64,000 nucleotides of DNA from Escherichia coli (GTDB lineage: Bacteria > Pseudomonadota > Gammaproteobacteria > Enterobacterales > Enterobacteriaceae). This document shows, piece by piece, positions 59,575 through 64,000 of the stretch. The DNA lies in the NCBI RefSeq assembly GCF_024298765.1, contig NZ_CP101210.1, one strand, 5' to 3'. The position numbers and the translations under genes are program-made. Each line of letters opens with the position of its first letter. Within the stretch, counting starts at the first letter, position 1. The notes under the pieces are model-generated. The model saw only the letters and a list, made by a program, of their open reading frames with translations, made no database searches and was not told the DNA's origin.

Positions 59575-59649
59575 TGGGGTATCGCCAAGCGGTAAGGCAC
59601 CGGATTCTGATTCCGGCATTCCGAGGTTCGAATCCTCGTACCCCAGCCA
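59575..59649 (+). tRNA. glnV: tRNA-Gln (CUG)
   Basis: Anticodon CTG. Confidence 0.9.
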
Positions 59650-59686
59650 CTTTATTCAAGACGCTTACATCGTAAGTGCACCCAGT

Positions 59687-59761
59687 TGGGGTATCGCCAA
59701 GCGGTAAGGCACCGGATTCTGATTCCGGCATTCCGAGGTTCGAATCCTCGTACCCCAGCCA
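59687..59761 (+). tRNA. glnX: tRNA-Gln (CUG)
   Basis: Same sequence as glnV. Confidence 0.9.
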
Positions 59762-59765
59762 CATT

Positions 59766-59792
59766 AAAAAAGCTCGCTTCGGCGAGCTTTTT
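59766..59792 (+). terminator. rho-independent terminator of tRNA operon
   Basis: aaaaagctcgcttcggcgagcttttt. Confidence 0.7.
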
Positions 59793-59809
59793 GCTTTTCT
59801 GCGTATATT

Positions 59810-59905
59810 CAATGCCGAATGTGATGCTGACACGTCTTATCCTTCAAAGTCGGATGCGACGCTGGCGCGTCTTATCCGACCTACGGTTGGCATGCTTCCG
59901 GCAAT
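59810..59905. repeat. REP elements
   Basis: gacgctggcgcgtcttatccgacctacg-type units. Confidence 0.5.
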
Positions 59906-59914
59906 GTTGTAAGG

Positions 59915-61090
59915 CTACAACCCTAACGCATACTTCAGCGCCTGACGTTTCAACACGCCAGCACGCTCCGCCGCCATCAAACCAAGATTACGCACAAAAC
60001 GCAGCGGCGGCAGATTATTACTGAATCCGGCATAAAACAGATCCATACCACTTTGCATAATGAAGTTATCCGCCATGCGCCGCATCTGGTAACGCTTGAG
60101 GATCGGATAACTGGCCCACGCTTCGCCGTAGCTGCGGGCGTTGACCAGAACATCAATTAGGGCATCGACATCACGATAACCAAGATTCACCCCCTGCCCC
60201 GCCAGCGGATGGATGGTATGCGCGGCATCGCCCACCAGCGCAAGCCCCGGCTGCACATACTGCAACGCATGTCGGCGCGTCAGCGGAAACGCACCAGCGG
60301 CAAGCGGTGTCACGTAACCCAGACACGACGGGAAATGCTTCGCGATTTCCGTCTGGAGCTGCGTCATATTCATATTCTGCAACTGGCGAATACGCGCCGG
60401 AGAGTCATACCACACCAGCGATGCCCAGTTATCAAACAACGGCAGAAACGCACGCGGTCCGTCCGGAGTAAATTGCTGCCAGGTGCTATCGCCGGGATCG
60501 TTCTCGCACTGGACGCTAATCAACATGCACGACTGCGCATACTGCCAGGCATGAACGCCAATTCCCGCTATCTGCCGCACCTGCGAATTTGCGCCATCGG
60601 CACCAATCACCAGCTTCGCGCGGATCGTTTCACCGCCCTTCAGTTCCAGCTCCTGAAGATCATTATGGCGATGCAGCGCAATCAGCGAGCCTGGCACACG
60701 TAACGTTACTTTCGGATGCGCTTCCAGCGCCTGCCACAGCGCCTGTTGCAGGACAGTGTTTTCCACCATGTAGCCAAGCAACGGTAGCTTAAGTTCAGCG
60801 GCGTCAAACACCACATGCGCCGTTTCCCACTCCCACGTTTCCAGTCTGCGGTAAGGATGGCAACGCATAGCCTGTACTGCATCCCAGACCCCTAACCCTT
60901 TAAGCAATGATACCGAAGCCGCACTAATCGCCGAGATCCGCACGTCCGGCTGGCTGTCAGCGACAAACGGTGCAGGTTGGGCATGTTCGATAACCATTAC
61001 CGAAAATCCGTGCTGAGCCAGTCCCAGCGCCAGTGCGCCGCCGACCATTCCTCCGCCGACAATGGCAATTTCCGTTGGTTGATTTGTCAT
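59915..61090 (-). CDS. ubiF: FAD-dependent ubiquinone biosynthesis hydroxylase
   Basis: 391 aa from MTNQPTEIAIVGGGMVGGALALG (FAD-binding GxGxxG). Confidence 0.9.
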   Translation of the reverse strand: MTNQPTEIAIVGGGMVGGALALGLAQHGFSVMVIEHAQPAPFVADSQPDVRISAISAASVSLLKGLGVWDAVQAMRCHPYRRLETWEWETAHVVFDAAELKLPLLGYMVENTVLQQALWQALEAHPKVTLRVPGSLIALHRHNDLQELELKGGETIRAKLVIGADGANSQVRQIAGIGVHAWQYAQSCMLISVQCENDPGDSTWQQFTPDGPRAFLPLFDNWASLVWYDSPARIRQLQNMNMTQLQTEIAKHFPSCLGYVTPLAAGAFPLTRRHALQYVQPGLALVGDAAHTIHPLAGQGVNLGYRDVDALIDVLVNARSYGEAWASYPILKRYQMRRMADNFIMQSGMDLFYAGFSNNLPPLRFVRNLGLMAAERAGVLKRQALKYALGL

Positions 61091-61235
61091 GGTCAATCAT
61101 CCTGTTAGCAATATGCTTTAAGTTTACAGGATTTTTACCCCCAAGGGCTGATAACGCTCATACTGGTCACAACGGCAGCAAAGCATTACACTATGCGCCC
61201 TGCATTCCTGGCTACTATTTCGCAAGAGCAAGTCG

Positions 61236-62660
61236 ATGACCAAAAAACTCCATATTAAAACCTGGGGCTGTCAGATGAACGAGTACGATTCATCGAAGAT
61301 GGCCGATCTGCTGGATGCCACCCACGGCTATCAACTGACCGATGTGGCGGAAGAAGCGGATGTGCTGCTGCTGAACACCTGCTCAATCCGCGAGAAGGCT
61401 CAGGAAAAAGTCTTCCATCAGTTGGGTCGCTGGAAACTGTTAAAAGAGAAGAATCCAGACCTGATTATCGGCGTCGGCGGCTGCGTGGCATCGCAAGAAG
61501 GCGAGCACATTCGCCAGCGCGCCCACTATGTCGATATTATTTTTGGGCCGCAAACGCTGCACCGTCTGCCGGAGATGATCAACTCCGTGCGCGGCGACCG
61601 CAGCCCGGTTGTAGATATCAGCTTCCCGGAAATCGAGAAGTTTGACCGTCTGCCGGAACCGCGCGCCGAAGGGCCGACCGCGTTTGTCTCCATCATGGAA
61701 GGCTGCAATAAATATTGCACCTACTGCGTAGTGCCTTACACCCGTGGTGAAGAGGTAAGCCGTCCGTCCGACGATATTCTGTTTGAAATTGCCCAGCTTG
61801 CGGCTCAGGGCGTGCGTGAAGTCAACCTGCTCGGTCAGAACGTGAACGCCTGGCGTGGTGAGAACTACGACGGCACCACCGGATCGTTTGCCGACCTGCT
61901 GCGTCTGGTTGCGGCGATCGACGGGATCGATCGTATTCGCTTTACCACCAGCCATCCGATCGAATTCACCGACGATATCATCGAAGTGTACCGCGACACG
62001 CCGGAGCTGGTGAGTTTCCTGCATCTGCCGGTACAGAGCGGTTCCGATCGCATTCTGAACCTGATGGGACGTACCCATACAGCGCTGGAGTACAAAGCGA
62101 TCATCCGTAAACTGCGTGCGGCGCGTCCGGATATTCAGATCAGTTCTGACTTCATCGTTGGCTTCCCTGGCGAAACCACCGAAGACTTCGAGAAAACGAT
62201 GAAGCTGATTGCCGACGTCAATTTCGACATGAGCTACAGCTTTATCTTCTCCGCTCGTCCAGGTACACCAGCCGCCGATATGGTTGATGATGTTCCGGAA
62301 GAAGAGAAGAAGCAGCGCCTGTATATTCTACAAGAACGTATCAATCAGCAAGCAATGGCATGGAGCCGCCGGATGCTCGGTACCACCCAGCGTATTCTGG
62401 TAGAAGGTACATCGCGTAAGAGCATCATGGAGCTTTCCGGCCGTACTGAAAATAACCGCGTCGTCAACTTCGAAGGTACGCCGGATATGATCGGTAAATT
62501 CGTCGATGTAGAAATTACCGACGTCTACCCGAACTCTCTGCGCGGTAAAGTGGTGCGAACTGAAGATGAAATGGGTCTGCGCGTGGCAGAAACACCGGAA
62601 TCGGTGATTGCCCGTACCCGCAAAGAAAACGACCTTGGCGTGGGTTATTATCAGCCGTAA
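61236..62660 (+). CDS. miaB: tRNA-i6A37 methylthiotransferase
   Basis: 474 aa, radical-SAM CxxxCxxC (CNKYCTYC). Confidence 0.95.
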
Positions 62661-62812
62661 TACTCAGGCCCGCCGTTCCGGTGGGCCTTGTTTTTTCTCT
62701 CTTTATCCCCATCTTTATCGCAATGCTTGCGCCTTTTTCCTGTGGCGTGAATAATTTCCTTATAGGCCGGTGAATGTTCAGCTTCCGGCGGCATACAGAT
62801 AAGAGGAACGGT

Positions 62813-63853
62813 TTGAACATAGACACTCGCGAAATCACCCTGGAGCCAGCAGACAACGCGCGTCTGTTGAGCCTGTGCGGCCCGTTTGATGACAACATCA
62901 AACAACTCGAACGCCGTCTCGGCATCGAGATCAATCGCCGCGATAACCACTTTAAACTGACCGGCCGTCCGATTTGCGTCACCGCTGCGGCAGACATTCT
63001 GCGTAGCCTGTATGTCGATACCGCCCCGATGCGCGGTCAGATTCAGGATATCGAACCGGAACAGATCCACCTTGCGATTAAAGAAGCGCGGGTACTGGAG
63101 CAAAGCGCGGAGAGCGTGCCGGAGTACGGCAAAGCGGTCAATATCAAAACCAAACGCGGCGTAATTAAGCCGCGCACGCCAAACCAGGCGCAGTACATCG
63201 CCAATATTCTCGACCATGACATTACCTTCGGCGTTGGCCCGGCGGGTACGGGTAAAACCTACCTGGCAGTGGCTGCGGCAGTTGATGCCCTGGAGCGTCA
63301 GGAAATTCGCCGTATTCTGCTGACTCGTCCGGCAGTAGAAGCCGGTGAGAAACTGGGCTTCCTGCCTGGCGATTTAAGCCAGAAAGTAGACCCGTATCTG
63401 CGCCCGCTGTACGACGCGCTGTTTGAAATGCTGGGCTTTGAGAAAGTCGAGAAACTGATTGAGCGCAACGTTATTGAAGTCGCACCGCTGGCCTATATGC
63501 GTGGTCGTACGCTGAACGACGCGTTTATCATTCTTGATGAGAGCCAGAACACCACCATCGAACAGATGAAGATGTTCCTGACCCGTATCGGTTTTAACTC
63601 AAAAGCGGTTATCACCGGCGACGTCACACAGATCGACCTGCCGCGTAATACCAAGTCTGGTTTGCGTCATGCCATCGAAGTACTGGCTGATGTCGAAGAG
63701 ATCAGCTTTAACTTCTTCCACAGCGAAGACGTGGTTCGTCACCCGGTGGTGGCGCGTATCGTTAACGCCTATGAAGCCTGGGAAGAAGCCGAACAAAAAC
63801 GTAAAGCGGCGCTGGCAGCAGAACGCAAGCGCGAAGAACAGGAACAAAAATGA
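62813..63853 (+). CDS. ybeZ: PhoH-like ATPase
   Basis: Walker A GPAGTGKT; start uncertain (TTG at 62813 with upstream aagagga, or ATG at 62774). Confidence 0.85.
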
Positions 63854-64000
63854 GTCAGGTGATCCTCGATTTACAACTGGCATGTGAAGATAATTCCGGG
63901 TTACCGGAAGAGAGCCAGTTTCAGACATGGCTGAATGCGGTGATCCCGCAGTTTCAGGAAGAATCGGAAGTGACTATTCGCGTGGTCGATACCGCCGAAA
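63850..64000 (+). CDS. ybeY: endoribonuclease YbeY, N-terminal part (continues past window end)
   Basis: [21 protein letters not shown]..., ATG overlaps ybeZ stop. Confidence 0.85.

Noticed and set aside
59050-59770. Regularly spaced repeated sequences that could suggest a CRISPR-like array
   Set aside because: The repeats are 75-85-nt tRNA genes with cloverleaf structure and anticodons, with non-uniform spacers, not a CRISPR array.

Overview
This window reads as an Escherichia coli-type chromosomal segment, inverted relative to the K-12 map as I remember it, running ybgP/ybgO through ybeZ/ybeY. Most of it is conserved core genome: the pxpABC cluster, dtpD, phr, kdpFABCDE, speFL-speF-potE, pgm, seqA, fldA, uof-fur, chiPQ, glnS, nagE/nagBACD, asnB, the metT-leuW-glnUW-metU-glnVX tRNA operon, ubiF and miaB. 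The accessory part is a ~15 kb Rhs polymorphic-toxin element (about 10.4-25.3 kb) between ybgA and ybfA, and it is the most interesting region. It holds a full-length rhs gene whose N-terminus carries a prePAAR motif, hydrophobic segments and a PAAR motif, with a downstream immunity ORF. Behind it lie four orphan toxin/immunity modules, three ISAs1 (H-repeat) copies, an IS256-family remnant, and three copies or fragments of a SymE-family gene that sit convergent to immunity genes. The rhs gene is not the K-12 rhsC allele as I recall it. Elsewhere there is an IS200 insertion next to a REP cluster between ybfP and pgm, a kdpE 3'-end duplication flanking speFL-speF-potE, and a small secreted-protein ORF between asnB and the tRNA operon. 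CDS coordinates come from the supplied ORF track with starts trimmed by protein recognition; hand-derived boundaries (tRNAs, IS ends, terminators, fragments) may be off by 1-2 nt. No database search or alignment was run; all family assignments are from reading the translations.
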